Assembly (NCBI GenBank): GCA_964361825.1
Contig: CAYICB010000003.1
Location: 2,643-66,642 of the forward strand
Source of the DNA: an uncultured Candidatus Saccharibacteria bacterium
GTDB taxonomy: Bacteria > Patescibacteriota > Minisyncoccia > Phycocordibacterales > JACOZG01
DNA length: 64,000 nt
Direction of reading: 5' to 3'
Shown: positions 45,956 through 55,533 of the stretch, one piece after another
Position numbering within the stretch: the stretch's first letter is position 1
Layout of the letters: every line of letters starts with the position of its first letter
The notes under the pieces: model-generated
Told to the model about the DNA's origin: nothing
Database searches by the model: none
The model's input: only the letters and a program-made list of their open reading frames with translations
Made by a program: the position numbers and the translations under genes

Positions 45956-46563
45956 ATCAACCAGAAAATAAGTTTCAAGCTTTTATCTTGATGGGTCGAT
46001 CGGCGTCGGGTAAAGGGACACAAGCCGTGCTCCTTCGAGATTTTTTAAAACAGCGCGAGACTTCTACCCCTGACCCTGTTCTCTATATTGAAACCGGGGC
46101 AAATTTCCGTGAATATATCAAAGCCGATAATTACTCTAGTGGTATTTCACGCCAGATTATGACCGATAGTGGTCTCCAGCCAGCCTTTTTGGCTAATTGG
46201 TTGTGGGCTGATCTTTTGATCAAAAATTATCGCGGTGAGCAACATTGGGTGGTGGACGGCACGCCACGCACTTTGGCCGAGGCTTTAACCTTCGACTCTG
46301 CCCTCAAGTTTTATGGTTTTAAACGACCAACGGTGGTCTTGCTCGATATTCCCAACGATATCGCCCATGATCGCTTGCTAAAGCGGGGTCGTTTTGATGA
46401 TTTGCAACACGAGGGTAATGAAAAGAGGTTGGCTTGGTTTGAGACTGAAGTAATGCTTGCTGTCGACCTTTTTCGTCAGCATCAGGAATATTATCGTTTT
46501 GTAACCCTAGATGGCACGGCGGGTATTGAGGTAATCCATAAACAAATTTTGGCTTTGGTATGA
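45952..46563 (+). CDS. adk: Adenylate kinase-family NMP kinase (short, LID-less)
   Basis: P-loop GRSASGKGTQ, DGTPRT and KRGR.DD; between secY and map. Confidence 0.85.
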   Translation: MNQPENKFQAFILMGRSASGKGTQAVLLRDFLKQRETSTPDPVLYIETGANFREYIKADNYSSGISRQIMTDSGLQPAFLANWLWADLLIKNYRGEQHWVVDGTPRTLAEALTFDSALKFYGFKRPTVVLLDIPNDIAHDRLLKRGRFDDLQHEGNEKRLAWFETEVMLAVDLFRQHQEYYRFVTLDGTAGIEVIHKQILALV

Positions 46564-47321
46564 CGATTAAAAGTCCAGAAGAGATTGCGCTTTTGCGTTT
46601 GGGTGGTCAGCATTTATCACGGATTTTGGCTCAAGTGGCAGAAGCTACTAAGGCGGGGGTAACCACCGGCGAGCTTGATTTGTTGGCCCGGGATTTAATT
46701 AAACAGGCTGGCGCCTACCCCGCTTTTTTGGGTTATGCCCCAGAGGGAGGCAAAACTTATCCAGCAGCCCTTTGTGTTTCAATTAACGAGGAGGTTGTGC
46801 ATGGCTTGCCGGGCAAAAGGAAAATTGCTAATGGTGAGGTGGTCAGTCTCGACCTGGGTTTGCGTTATGAGGGCTTGTATACCGATATGGCCACTACCAT
46901 AATTGTGGGCGAGGTGGCGGCGGCAGTAAAAAATTTGGTAGCAAAGACCAAAGAGGCTTTACTCGCTGGCGTGGCCACGGTAAAACCGGGGACCACCTTG
47001 GGTGATATTGGCGCGGCGGTGGCGCGAGTGGCCGAGCGAGAAAAACTGGCGATTATTCGCGAGCTTGGTGGTCACGGAGTGGGTTATGCGGTGCATGAAG
47101 AGCCGCTAATTCCTAATTATGGCACTCCGGGTAAGGGGCCCAAGCTTATTGCTGGAGTGGTGATTGCTATTGAGCCGATGTTGGCGCTGGGTAAGGGTAA
47201 AGCCAAATTGGCCCCAGACGGTTTTACTTATATCACTCGCGATGGTGGCCTCGCCGCCCACTTTGAAGCCACGGTGGTGGTGACCGAAACCGGAGTTGAA
47301 GTTTTAACAGCAATAATTTAG
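46560..47321 (+). CDS. map: Methionine aminopeptidase type I
   Basis: SINEEVVHG, GHGVG..HE, IEPM and HFE. Confidence 0.97.
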   Translation: MTIKSPEEIALLRLGGQHLSRILAQVAEATKAGVTTGELDLLARDLIKQAGAYPAFLGYAPEGGKTYPAALCVSINEEVVHGLPGKRKIANGEVVSLDLGLRYEGLYTDMATTIIVGEVAAAVKNLVAKTKEALLAGVATVKPGTTLGDIGAAVARVAEREKLAIIRELGGHGVGYAVHEEPLIPNYGTPGKGPKLIAGVVIAIEPMLALGKGKAKLAPDGFTYITRDGGLAAHFEATVVVTETGVEVLTAII

Positions 47322-47331
47322 ATTTAGAGAT

Positions 47332-47916
47332 ATGATCCACCCAAAAGAGGAAAAGACATTTTTGATGGTTAAGCCGGACGGCGTGCGTAAGGGGTTGATT
47401 GGCGAGATTATTAAGCGTTTAGAACAGCGCGATTTGAAAATTGTAGCCTTGGAAATGTTCCAAGCCACTAAAGCCCAGGTTGATGGCCACTATCCTAAGG
47501 ATGAAAAGTGGATTCGGCGTTTGGGCGAGAAAACCCTCGCGACTTATGAGAAGTATGGCTATGATCCCAAAAAAGAAATTGGGACTACCGATCTAATGAA
47601 AATTGGGAAAAATGTGCGGGGCTGGTTAATTGATTTTATGGTTAGTGCGCCCATGGTTAGAATGGTGGTGCAGGGGGTGCACGCGGTAGATATGGTCAGA
47701 AAAATTGTGGGACCGACTCTGCCTTATTTAGCTGATATGGGAACCATTCGCGGTGATTTTTCGGCGGATTCACCCGCTTTGGCTAATAAAGAAAAGCGCG
47801 CGGTGGCCAATTTGGTCCACGCTTCAGAAACGGCCGAAGAAGCGGCTCACGAAATTAAGTTTTGGTTCAAGGATCAAGCCGTTTTTACTTACAAAAGATT
47901 TGGGGTTGATGAGTAG
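47332..47916 (+). CDS. ndk: Nucleoside-diphosphate kinase
   Basis: KPDGV, GTIRGD and NLVHAS. Confidence 0.96.
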   Translation: MIHPKEEKTFLMVKPDGVRKGLIGEIIKRLEQRDLKIVALEMFQATKAQVDGHYPKDEKWIRRLGEKTLATYEKYGYDPKKEIGTTDLMKIGKNVRGWLIDFMVSAPMVRMVVQGVHAVDMVRKIVGPTLPYLADMGTIRGDFSADSPALANKEKRAVANLVHASETAEEAAHEIKFWFKDQAVFTYKRFGVDE

Positions 47917-47940
47917 TGAAATACGGTGTACGCTAAATAG

Positions 47941-48192
47941 ATGACCAGCCAAGTGGTATTCAAAATTGATAGTAAGTTGAAGCGCGCGGCTCAAAGCCAA
48001 GCTAAAGCCAGCGGTTTAACCTTGAGTGAGTGGTACAAACAAGCCACAGAATCTTTCTTGACCGCGCCAGAAATTCCGAATGCGAAAACCGCTCGCTCGC
48101 TTAAATCGGCCCTGAAAGATGTGAAATTAGGCCGGAACTTTTCCCCGTCTTTTGATAATATTGACGATATGATTGCGCATCTCGAAAAATGA
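47941..48192 (+). CDS. RelB/DinJ-like antitoxin
   Basis: RHH-like N-terminus (KIDSKLK..A) and IPNAKT motif; overlaps the toxin start. Confidence 0.82.
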   Translation: MTSQVVFKIDSKLKRAAQSQAKASGLTLSEWYKQATESFLTAPEIPNAKTARSLKSALKDVKLGRNFSPSFDNIDDMIAHLEK

Positions 48193-48449
48193 TTGTTGAC
48201 TATCATCGCCTTTTTAAGAAAGATTGGAAACATTTACAACCTAAAGTTAAACAAGCATTTCGAGCGCGATTTCAAATTTTCAGGACCAACCCTTTTAATC
48301 CCATTTTAAGTAATCATAAACTCCAAGGATATTATGGTGGTTGTCGTAGTATTAATGTCACTGGTGATTACCGAGCAATTTTTGTTGAGGAAATGGATTC
48401 AATAAAGTTTTTACGGATTGGCACTCATGCTGAATTATATGGGAGATAA
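48189..48449 (+). CDS. RelE/YafQ-family mRNA interferase toxin
   Basis: FKKD, HKLQG, SINVTGDYR and IGTHAELY. Confidence 0.9.
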   Translation: MIVDYHRLFKKDWKHLQPKVKQAFRARFQIFRTNPFNPILSNHKLQGYYGGCRSINVTGDYRAIFVEEMDSIKFLRIGTHAELYGR

Positions 48450-48468
48450 AAAACAAAAATTTTAAGAC

Positions 48469-49341
48469 ATGGAAGACCTTTTCGATCCAAGGAAGATAGA
48501 AAAAACTTGGGCATTAGAAAATGTAACCCAAGAAAGAGTTTTGCAACAAAACGAAGACCGATTGGTGGTTTTGTTTAACTCCGATCAAGGAAAGTTTGTT
48601 TGCAAAACAGCTAGTCCTTGGAAGACGGCCGTAGCACTTGAGAAAGACACTACTGTTTTCCAATTTTTACTGGAGCAAAATTTTTCTCATGCTCCTAAAT
48701 TTTTGTTGACCAAAAGCGGAAAAAGGTTTGCGGAACTAGACAGCAGGCTTGTTTATCTAATGGAATATGTCGAGGGGAAGAAGCCGGAAGCGACCGTCGA
48801 GACTTATCAGAAACTCGGGGCGATGACGGCGGAGCTGCATTTGCTAGAAAACTATCCCCATAAAACAGATTTCGATCCCGCAATAATTATTGCTACTAAT
48901 TTTCCCGATAACGCTAAGAAACCACCTTTTGGTGAAGAATATTTGAAAGTTGCGGCGACCTTGCCTAATTTTAGTGTTTTTTCTCAAACTCTTATTCATA
49001 CTGACATTGCTCCGGCCAATGCGATCGAGAAAGCAGACGGCTCTCTGACGCTTATTGATTGGGATGATGCTGGTGTTGGTTCGGCGGTGCTTGATTTGGG
49101 TTACCCCTTACTGTCTCAATTTACAACCGAAGATTTGGAGTTGAGGCCAGAATTAGCACGAGCCTTCTACGGAGCCTATCTGGCTAAACGAGAAATCACA
49201 GCCACAGAAAAGAAAGTTTTGTTTTCGGCCGGTTTATTTTTTGCTCTGATGTATCTGATTTATGGTGATACTACTAAGCGCTGGGAGAGACTCAACTGGG
49301 CGCTAAAACATCGAGAAGAGATTGAGGGGATGATTCCATAA
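48469..49341 (+). CDS. APH/homoserine kinase type II-like phosphotransferase
   Basis: IHTD....N, IDWDD and DLG motifs. Confidence 0.88.
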   Translation: MEDLFDPRKIEKTWALENVTQERVLQQNEDRLVVLFNSDQGKFVCKTASPWKTAVALEKDTTVFQFLLEQNFSHAPKFLLTKSGKRFAELDSRLVYLMEYVEGKKPEATVETYQKLGAMTAELHLLENYPHKTDFDPAIIIATNFPDNAKKPPFGEEYLKVAATLPNFSVFSQTLIHTDIAPANAIEKADGSLTLIDWDDAGVGSAVLDLGYPLLSQFTTEDLELRPELARAFYGAYLAKREITATEKKVLFSAGLFFALMYLIYGDTTKRWERLNWALKHREEIEGMIP

Positions 49342-49356
49342 CAGTGGATAAGTAAC

Positions 49357-49384
49357 TTGCGAGGGGGGTGAGGAGAGTTATAAT
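49357..49384 (+). promoter_or_regulatory. Promoter of the intergenic ncRNA
   Basis: TTGCGA N16 TATAAT. Confidence 0.6.
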
Positions 49385-49388
49385 AGAT

Positions 49389-49503
49389 GGGAGGTTATTT
49401 GGAAGTGATCTAAGTTAATTTTTTAGGGAACTCACATAATTCTAGGCCGTGGTCTAGGATTGAGAGATCCCCCTTGGGTAAGCATCTCTTCCAATTAACC
49501 CCC
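49389..49503 (+). ncRNA. Rod-shaped ncRNA with a central bubble (6S-like candidate)
   Basis: 49393-49405 pairs with 49488-49500; 49426-49433 with 49464-49471; 49438-49446 with 49453-49461; own promoter and downstream hairpin. Confidence 0.6.
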
Positions 49504-49506
49504 AGA

Positions 49507-49538
49507 AGTTAAGCCCCGACGCGAGTCGGGGCTTAACT
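49507..49538. terminator. Perfect 14-bp hairpin with GCGA loop
   Basis: AGTTAAGCCCCGAC-GCGA-GTCGGGGCTTAACT. Confidence 0.75.
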
Positions 49539-49554
49539 GTGTTAAAATGGCTCA

Positions 49555-50919
49555 ATGAAAATCACTTTTTGTGGTGGCGCCGGCACAGTCACCGGGTCCA
49601 ATTTTTTAGTTGAAGAATCGACGGGTGAGGGCAAGAAGTTTTTAGTGGATTGCGGTTTATTGCAGGGCGGCAAAATTTGCGAAGAAGACAATTTCAAACC
49701 TTTTGCTTATGACCCCAAAGATATTACGGCCATTTTTATTACTCACGCCCACATCGATCATATTGGCCGTTTGCCGCGCTTGGTGAAGCAAGGTTTCCGT
49801 GGCCAGATTTATTCTACGGCGCCCACCAAGGCGATTGCGGAATTAAATTTGCTCGATAGTTTGGGGGTGTTCCAAAAAGAGGCGCGGAAGAGTGGCCGCG
49901 AAGAATTGCTCTATCAAGAGGTTGATGTGGTTGAAACAATTAAACACTGGCAGACGGTAGAGTATCACGAAGCGATCAAATTTGCTGACCTCACGATTAG
50001 CTTGCTTAATGCGGGCCATATTTTGGGCTCGGCGATGGTCGTTTTTTCTCGTGGCGGCAAAAAATTGGTGTTTACTGGTGATTTGGGCAATTCTCCTACG
50101 CCGCTTTTACCAGATACGGAAATTATAAATGATGCTGACTATTTGGTAATGGAGAGTGTGTATGGTGACCGACTTCATGAGGCTAAAGCGGAGCGTAAGC
50201 GGCGCCTAGAGGCGGTAATTGAGGAGGTGGTGGGGCGGGGTGGAGTGCTGGTGATCCCCGCCTTCTCGATTGAACGCACCCAAGAACTATTATTTGAAAT
50301 TGAGGAGTTGATTGAACGCTCGCGGGTGCCGGTGGTGCCCGTTTTTCTCGACTCACCGCTTGCGATTAAGGTCACTCGGGTTTACCGCGATTATCTCGAT
50401 TTTCTCAACCTTTCCGCCCAAGAAAAAGATTCTTTGAGCGACGGCATTTTCCGTTTTCCTAATTTACACCAAACTTTAACGACCGAGGAATCCAAGGCCA
50501 TTTTGGGCTTACCGGATCCAAAAATTATTATTGCCGGTTCGGGGATGAGTAATGGCGGAAGAATTCTTCATCATGAGCGCCATTATTTGGGCGACCAGAA
50601 AAACGCTCTGCTTTTGGTGGGTTATCAGGCAGGAGGGAGTCTGGGGCGCTTATTGCTTGAGGGCGCTCGCTCGGTAAGAATTATGGGTGAGGAGGTGATG
50701 GTGGCGGCGCAAATTATTAATCTCACCGGCTATTCGGCCCACCGTGATTCTGATGGCCTATTTAACTTTGTGCGTCAAAGTGCCGACACCTTAAAACGGG
50801 TTTTTGTGGTTTTGGGTGAGCCCCGCTCCGCTTTGTTTTTGGTCCAGCGCTTGAGAGATTACTTGGGTCTTGAGGCCAGCGCGCCCCAAGCTGGCGAAAG
50901 TGTGGACTTGCCCTTATAA
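49555..50919 (+). CDS. MBL-fold beta-CASP ribonuclease
   Basis: THAHIDHIG, AGHILGS, MESVYG and YSAH. Confidence 0.93.
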   Translation: MKITFCGGAGTVTGSNFLVEESTGEGKKFLVDCGLLQGGKICEEDNFKPFAYDPKDITAIFITHAHIDHIGRLPRLVKQGFRGQIYSTAPTKAIAELNLLDSLGVFQKEARKSGREELLYQEVDVVETIKHWQTVEYHEAIKFADLTISLLNAGHILGSAMVVFSRGGKKLVFTGDLGNSPTPLLPDTEIINDADYLVMESVYGDRLHEAKAERKRRLEAVIEEVVGRGGVLVIPAFSIERTQELLFEIEELIERSRVPVVPVFLDSPLAIKVTRVYRDYLDFLNLSAQEKDSLSDGIFRFPNLHQTLTTEESKAILGLPDPKIIIAGSGMSNGGRILHHERHYLGDQKNALLLVGYQAGGSLGRLLLEGARSVRIMGEEVMVAAQIINLTGYSAHRDSDGLFNFVRQSADTLKRVFVVLGEPRSALFLVQRLRDYLGLEASAPQAGESVDLPL

Positions 50920-50925
50920 TTTATC

Positions 50926-51513
50926 TTGATGAATAATCTTAAACACGCGCATCTCAAACTAAAGTTATGTGTTTCTGGCGCGGCCGAAACGGGTCACTGC
51001 GGTGAGGGGGCGATGGTTAAGGCCAAAGAACTCGGGCGAGAAATTGTGCGTCAGGGGGCAGTGATCGTTACCGGGGCGACTACCGGCTTTCCCTTGTGGG
51101 CGAGTATTGGGGCCAAAGAGGAGGGCGGAGTTTCGCTTGGTTTATCGCCCGCGATGAGCGAGCGCGACCATGTGAAGAATTATGGTTTGCCTCTCGATTA
51201 TCTTGATTTGGTAATTTATACCGGTGCGGGTTACTCGGGGCGTAATTTGCTGATGACGCGATCTTCAGATGCGGTGTTGGTGGGTTGCGGGCGGGTGGGC
51301 ACGATCAATGAGTTCTCGGTCGCTTTTGAAGACAAAAAGCCGATTGGTGTCTTGCAGGGGGCGTGGGAGACCGATGAGGTGATCCGCGATATCATGCAAA
51401 AAGGCCACCGCACCAATGAGTTGGTGGTCTTCGATAGTGACCCCAAGCATTTGGTGGAGAAAGTAATTAAACTAATTCAGACTAATAAGTATAAAGATCA
51501 GCGAATTTTATAA
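50926..51513 (+). CDS. LOG/Smf-like Rossmann-fold nucleotide-binding protein
   Basis: VTGA..G.P, GAK..GG, RN..M..SSD and G..GT..E. Confidence 0.82.
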   Translation: MMNNLKHAHLKLKLCVSGAAETGHCGEGAMVKAKELGREIVRQGAVIVTGATTGFPLWASIGAKEEGGVSLGLSPAMSERDHVKNYGLPLDYLDLVIYTGAGYSGRNLLMTRSSDAVLVGCGRVGTINEFSVAFEDKKPIGVLQGAWETDEVIRDIMQKGHRTNELVVFDSDPKHLVEKVIKLIQTNKYKDQRIL

Positions 51514-51521
51514 ACGAGAAA

Positions 51522-51866
51522 TTATTTTACCGAAGCCACAATTTTTTCAAAAATGGCGGGGTGATTCATGGCAAAACCAGATAAGATTTTGCGATCAAGA
51601 GCGATGTTTTTGACCTTGAGAATATTGATAAAGCGCGAGTAAGTGAGGCCGAGCGGACGGAGGGCGGCATTAAGTCTAATGGTCCAAAGGCGGCGAAAAT
51701 CATTCTTTTTATCGCGCCGGTGGGCAAAGGCGTGTTGGCCGGCCTTAAGGAGCGCCGTGCGCGCCTCGCGCTCTTTCTTAGAGCGGCCAAAGCGAAAGCC
51801 CTTGGCGTCTTTTAGCACTTGGCGCCGGCGTTTATTGGCAATCGTTCCGCGTTTTACTCTAGGCAT
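51522..51866 (-). CDS. rplT: 50S ribosomal protein bL20
   Basis: MPRVKRG, FRRLW and LDRKIL. Confidence 0.98.
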   Translation of the reverse strand: MPRVKRGTIANKRRRQVLKDAKGFRFGRSKKEREARTALLKAGQHAFAHRRDKKNDFRRLWTIRLNAALRPLGLTYSRFINILKVKNIALDRKILSGFAMNHPAIFEKIVASVK

Positions 51867-51878
51867 AGTGGTTATAAA

Positions 51879-52070
51879 CTACCTTACGGGGAGCATCCGC
51901 GTCAAGGTTTTGCGCTTAATTTGCACTTTGATTGGCCGCTTGCCCGCTAATTGCTTGGAGCGACTCGCCTTGGCATTGAAGTGGTCTTGACCCGACTTGC
52001 GACCCAGCACCTTGCCGTTCTTGGTAAATTTTAGCCGTTTACTAAAGGATTTATTGGTTTTGATACTCAT
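51879..52070 (-). CDS. rpmI: 50S ribosomal protein bL35
   Basis: KT.K...KR.K.T..GK; between infC and rplT. Confidence 0.93.
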   Translation of the reverse strand: MSIKTNKSFSKRLKFTKNGKVLGRKSGQDHFNAKASRSKQLAGKRPIKVQIKRKTLTRMLPVR

Positions 52071-52100
52071 GTTTATTTTTTTTATGGTAAATTCGTCGAA

Positions 52101-52613
52101 TTATTTAGCTCTTTCGATAATTAAACTGGGGCCACGCGGACCGCTTTGGATTGGCGAGGCAATTTGGTAATTCTCGGAAATAAAGCGGAGCAAGCGCCCG
52201 AGCCTTTCTTCTAAAAACTTTTTATCAAAGTATTTGGCCCGACCAGAGAGGAAGAGTTCTACCTTCACGCGGTGACCCTCGCGCAGGAATTCCGAAATTT
52301 TGCCCGCTTTAATCTCTAGATCATGATCGCCAGTGCCAATTTTGGCCTGAATCGATTTGACCTCGCCGCTTGCTCCCTTGGGCTTAGTCTGCTTGGTTTT
52401 TTTATTTTCGAGATACTGATACTTGCCGAAGTCCATAATTTTGGCCACGGGCGGATTGGCCGTGGGTGAGATCTCAATGAGATCAAGGCCCGAGGCATCA
52501 GCTTGGCGCAGGGCTTCGCTAAGAGAGATGACCCCAAAATTATCACCATTCTCTCCGATGACTCGGAGTTCCGGTGACTTGATTTGATGATTAATTCTAA
52601 TCCGGTCTTTCAC
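52101..52613 (-). CDS. infC: Translation initiation factor IF-3
   Basis: RIN.QI...ELRVI and LDLIEISP...PPVAKIMDFGK. Confidence 0.97.
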   Translation of the reverse strand: MKDRIRINHQIKSPELRVIGENGDNFGVISLSEALRQADASGLDLIEISPTANPPVAKIMDFGKYQYLENKKTKQTKPKGASGEVKSIQAKIGTGDHDLEIKAGKISEFLREGHRVKVELFLSGRAKYFDKKFLEERLGRLLRFISENYQIASPIQSGPRGPSLIIERAK

Positions 52614-52627
52614 TCGTTAGTGCTGGT

Positions 52628-52712
52628 ATGGTAATCGGTTTTGCCACAAAAGTCAAATCTTGCTAGGCTGGGTATGGCTATTGGTTCTCTGAGGCAAAAT
52701 TGCTCTTTATAA
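52628..52712. promoter_or_regulatory. Divergent promoters (infC and orphan gene) with a boxA-like site
   Basis: Minus strand TTGACT N17 TACCAT (52656-52628); plus strand TTGCCA N17 TAGGCT (52641-52669); TGCTCTTTATAA at 52701-52712. Confidence 0.55.
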
Positions 52713-52737
52713 TCATCAAGAAAGGAGGTGATTTAAG

Positions 52738-52953
52738 GTGGTTAAATTCTGGAACCCTAAAACCGAATGGGAAGAAGCCAAAAAGTATTATGGCTTTACT
52801 GATGAGGAGGCCGCAATGTACTTCTACAGCCAGAGCCTGCTTCCGGAGGGCAAAAAGCGTTTCTTGCCTTCTGTTGGGCAACGGGCCGAGGTTTGGGAGC
52901 TAGCTCAGGCTAGAATTAGGCGCAAGAGACCGGGAGGTGGCGTCGATGATTAA
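52738..52953 (+). CDS. Orphan small protein (71 aa)
   Basis: Full AAAGGAGGTGA SD before GTG. Confidence 0.7.
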   Translation: MVKFWNPKTEWEEAKKYYGFTDEEAAMYFYSQSLLPEGKKRFLPSVGQRAEVWELAQARIRRKRPGGGVDD

Positions 52954-53014
52954 GGGGCGAGTGAAGAAGAAAAAAAGCCGTTTGTTGGTTAACCCCCAAC
53001 CTACGGCTTTTTGA
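52946..53014 (+). CDS. Putative 22-aa basic micropeptide MIKGRVKKKKSRLLVNPQPTAF
   Basis: GGAGGT SD; reads through repeat copy 1. Confidence 0.4.
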   Translation: MIKGRVKKKKSRLLVNPQPTAF

Positions 53015-53019
53015 TTTTT
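52966..53019 (+). repeat. 54-bp direct repeat / terminator-like hairpin, copy 1
   Basis: Identical to 53699-53752; AAAAAGCCGT/ACGGCTTTTT stem. Confidence 0.92.
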
Positions 53020-53112
53020 ATGACAGACAAATCAAATGTGGACACATCACTAAGGTCGTCTTGGTTGGGCACAACAAGATCGATCGTGGTAGCATTGAAT
53101 AACTTCAAAAAA

Positions 53113-53640
53113 ATGACTGTCGCTTTATCACTCATCCCTCCCGAACGGATCGAGAAAATAATTTTGGTAATCCGCAACCAACGAGTGATTATCGATACTG
53201 ATCTGGCCGCCCTGTACGGGGTAACCACCAAGCGACTCAATGAACAGGCCAAGCGTAACCGTGATCGTTTTCCCGCCGATTTCATGTTTCATTTGACCGT
53301 TAATGAGTGGGCCAACTTGAAGTCGCAATTTGCGACCTCAAGTGCTGACCATGGTGGTCGTCGTACTCTTCCGTTTGTGTTTACCGAACATGGCGCTATC
53401 ATGGCTGCCAATATTCTCAATAGCCCCGTGGCGGTCAAAGCGAGCATTCAGGTTGTGCGCGCCTTCGTCCGTCTACGGCGAATGCTAATTGATAACGCCG
53501 AGCTCGCGAAGAAGCTGTTTTCCCTCGAAGCGAAGTACGATGACCAGTTCAAGGTCGTGTTCCGGGCGATCCGTGAGCTGATGACGCCACCACCGGAGCC
53601 GGATAAGCCGAAAATTGGGTTTCGGGTGGATAATAAATAG
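53113..53640 (+). CDS. ORF6N (KilA-N-like) DNA-binding domain protein
   Basis: IR.QRV..D.DLA.LYGV.TKRLNEQ.KRN..RFP.DFMF, FTEHG and C-terminal IGF. Confidence 0.92.
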   Translation: MTVALSLIPPERIEKIILVIRNQRVIIDTDLAALYGVTTKRLNEQAKRNRDRFPADFMFHLTVNEWANLKSQFATSSADHGGRRTLPFVFTEHGAIMAANILNSPVAVKASIQVVRAFVRLRRMLIDNAELAKKLFSLEAKYDDQFKVVFRAIRELMTPPPEPDKPKIGFRVDNK

Positions 53641-53675
53641 TTGGCCATTTGGGAAAATGCAAAGGAGGAAAGGTG

Positions 53676-53747
53676 ATGACCCGGGCGAAGCGAGTTAGGA
53701 AGAAAAAAAGCCGTTTGTTGGTTAACCCCCAACCTACGGCTTTTTGA
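53676..53747 (+). CDS. Putative 23-aa basic micropeptide MTRAKRVRKKKSRLLVNPQPTAF
   Basis: AAGGAGG SD; reads through repeat copy 2 in the same frame as copy 1. Confidence 0.4.
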   Translation: MTRAKRVRKKKSRLLVNPQPTAF

Positions 53748-53752
53748 TTTTT
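53699..53752 (+). repeat. 54-bp direct repeat / terminator-like hairpin, copy 2
   Basis: Identical to 52966-53019. Confidence 0.92.
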
Positions 53753-53815
53753 TGTGGCAAGGCTTAGCCTTGTTGAGATGACTTGAATTGCCCGATTTAA
53801 TCAATGTGATCAATA

Positions 53816-55533
53816 TTAATCCCCAATGTATTCTACCGAATTACTAAACAGATCGAACGCGGATTCAATCTGCCCTCTCGAATTAGTTGTATACCCGCCA
53901 ACACTAATTGAAACGATCTTATTTGGAGTAGCAAAATCAAATGAGCGAACTAGCCAATCGCCCTTACTGGTTGTGAGTGTGTTCCAATATGAAACAAAGG
54001 GTACTTCTGTGTCTAGATTTATCCCACTCTCATCCTCAATAAACTCTATGTGCTCACTCGATTTTTGAACGATTTTTGTTAAATCATCGAGTGTTGCATG
54101 CTTGCTTTCTGGTAGATTAATAAAACTAATTAGATAGCGAAAACCGTCATTACTATACACATCATAAAAAACAAAGTTTTCATTCTCGGTACGCACGGGT
54201 TTATCAGGAAAACCAACGCTCCACCCCTCTTTTAAACTATAAGTTTTCCACCCCACAGACCCATGGTTCTCTGTTTGGTCTAAATCTCCTTCGGTAGAGA
54301 TGTGTTTAATTTCTCCAAAGTTATTTCCAAGAATGTTTTCCATTTCTGACAATGCCTCCTCCTGTGCCCTGACCGTTACGTCGGCAACAATAATTACTCG
54401 CTTTTCGTTACCCCTCTGGTCGGTGAATGAAAGGTATGGCAAACCTACCGGTTCGTCACTGAAAAATTTTGATAAGTAGTCATTGAGTTCACGGGAATTA
54501 TTACAGGAATCAGATTTAACAACGAAATTTGATTTGTAATTCTCTATGTCTAGTTCCCTCACAATATTGCACTGTTCTAGGTTTTCTAAACGAGTTATTA
54601 CCCCAAGTTTGTCTGACAAAATAACAACGCTATAGTAGTAACTACTCTGATTAATCCGTGCAACAATACCCAAATATGCAATATAACCAGAAACGCCAAG
54701 TAATAGTATCAGTATAATAGTGAGTAGGGTCGTGTTTTTCGGCCTTTCGGGTTTTACAGTCAGTTGTTCTTCCTTAGAAACATTGTGTGGCAAAGTATAT
54801 TCCTCATTTTTAAATTTATAAAACAGATAGATTGACCCAGCAACGGCCAAAACTAGTGTGGCTAGACCGAACTCAACATTCGTAATATCTGTCACATGTA
54901 GCGAAATGTTAAATAAACTGTGAACAAGTACTGCCAAAATAAATCCTTTGAAAAATAATTTAGTTCTCTCTTTCTCGCCTCTAAACCATAATAATCCCCA
55001 GTAGAAACCAAAAATACCTGAGGTTGCCAAATGCATAAGTGTTGTGGCAATCGCGCGAAGGCCAAATGTATTCAATACATCTGTCCAAATAAATATAGAA
55101 TTGAACCCCAAACTATGGTTCATTTGATAGGACTCATAGAAGTATTTGAAATTCTCAACAAAAGCAAAAGCTGCTGCCGCTACCACCATATAAATGATCC
55201 CGTCAACAATTTGAGTAAAATACTTTTTATTCCTTTGAACGACCGTTTTAGCAATCCAGTACTTAACAAATTCCTCGATCGGAGCAACAAGAAAAAACGT
55301 TGAGATAACGCTCAGCCAAATTAATTTCGCAGTAGTGTCTGGTGAACTAAATAAATACTGCTCCCCAATACTTTCTGCAATATATGTCACTGGGAGTGCC
55401 AGAATTACGCCGAGAAGAAAGATCTTCAAAAGCAATTTGCGCGGTTCAGGTTCTCGGTAGTCCTTTCTTAGAAATATAATGAGCCAAAATAAACTGGGCA
55501 GGAGAGCTAAAATTAGAAGAAAAAAATTGTCAT
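53816..55533 (-). pseudogene. PrsW-family intramembrane metalloprotease with an extracellular C-terminal domain; 5' frameshift in a T7 tract
   Basis: KD..EPEP, EE..K, F..VEN, MH and H..FN motifs; ATG 55533 is out of frame by 1 nt at A7 55520-55526. Confidence 0.75.

Noticed and set aside
49389-49503. SRP (4.5S) RNA identity for the rod-shaped RNA
   Set aside because: Lacks the conserved domain IV motif (CAGG...GGAA...AGCAG)
53011-53112. N-terminal extension of the ORF6N protein in the ORF track
   Set aside because: Starts inside the repeat hairpin; domain similarity begins after ATG 53113
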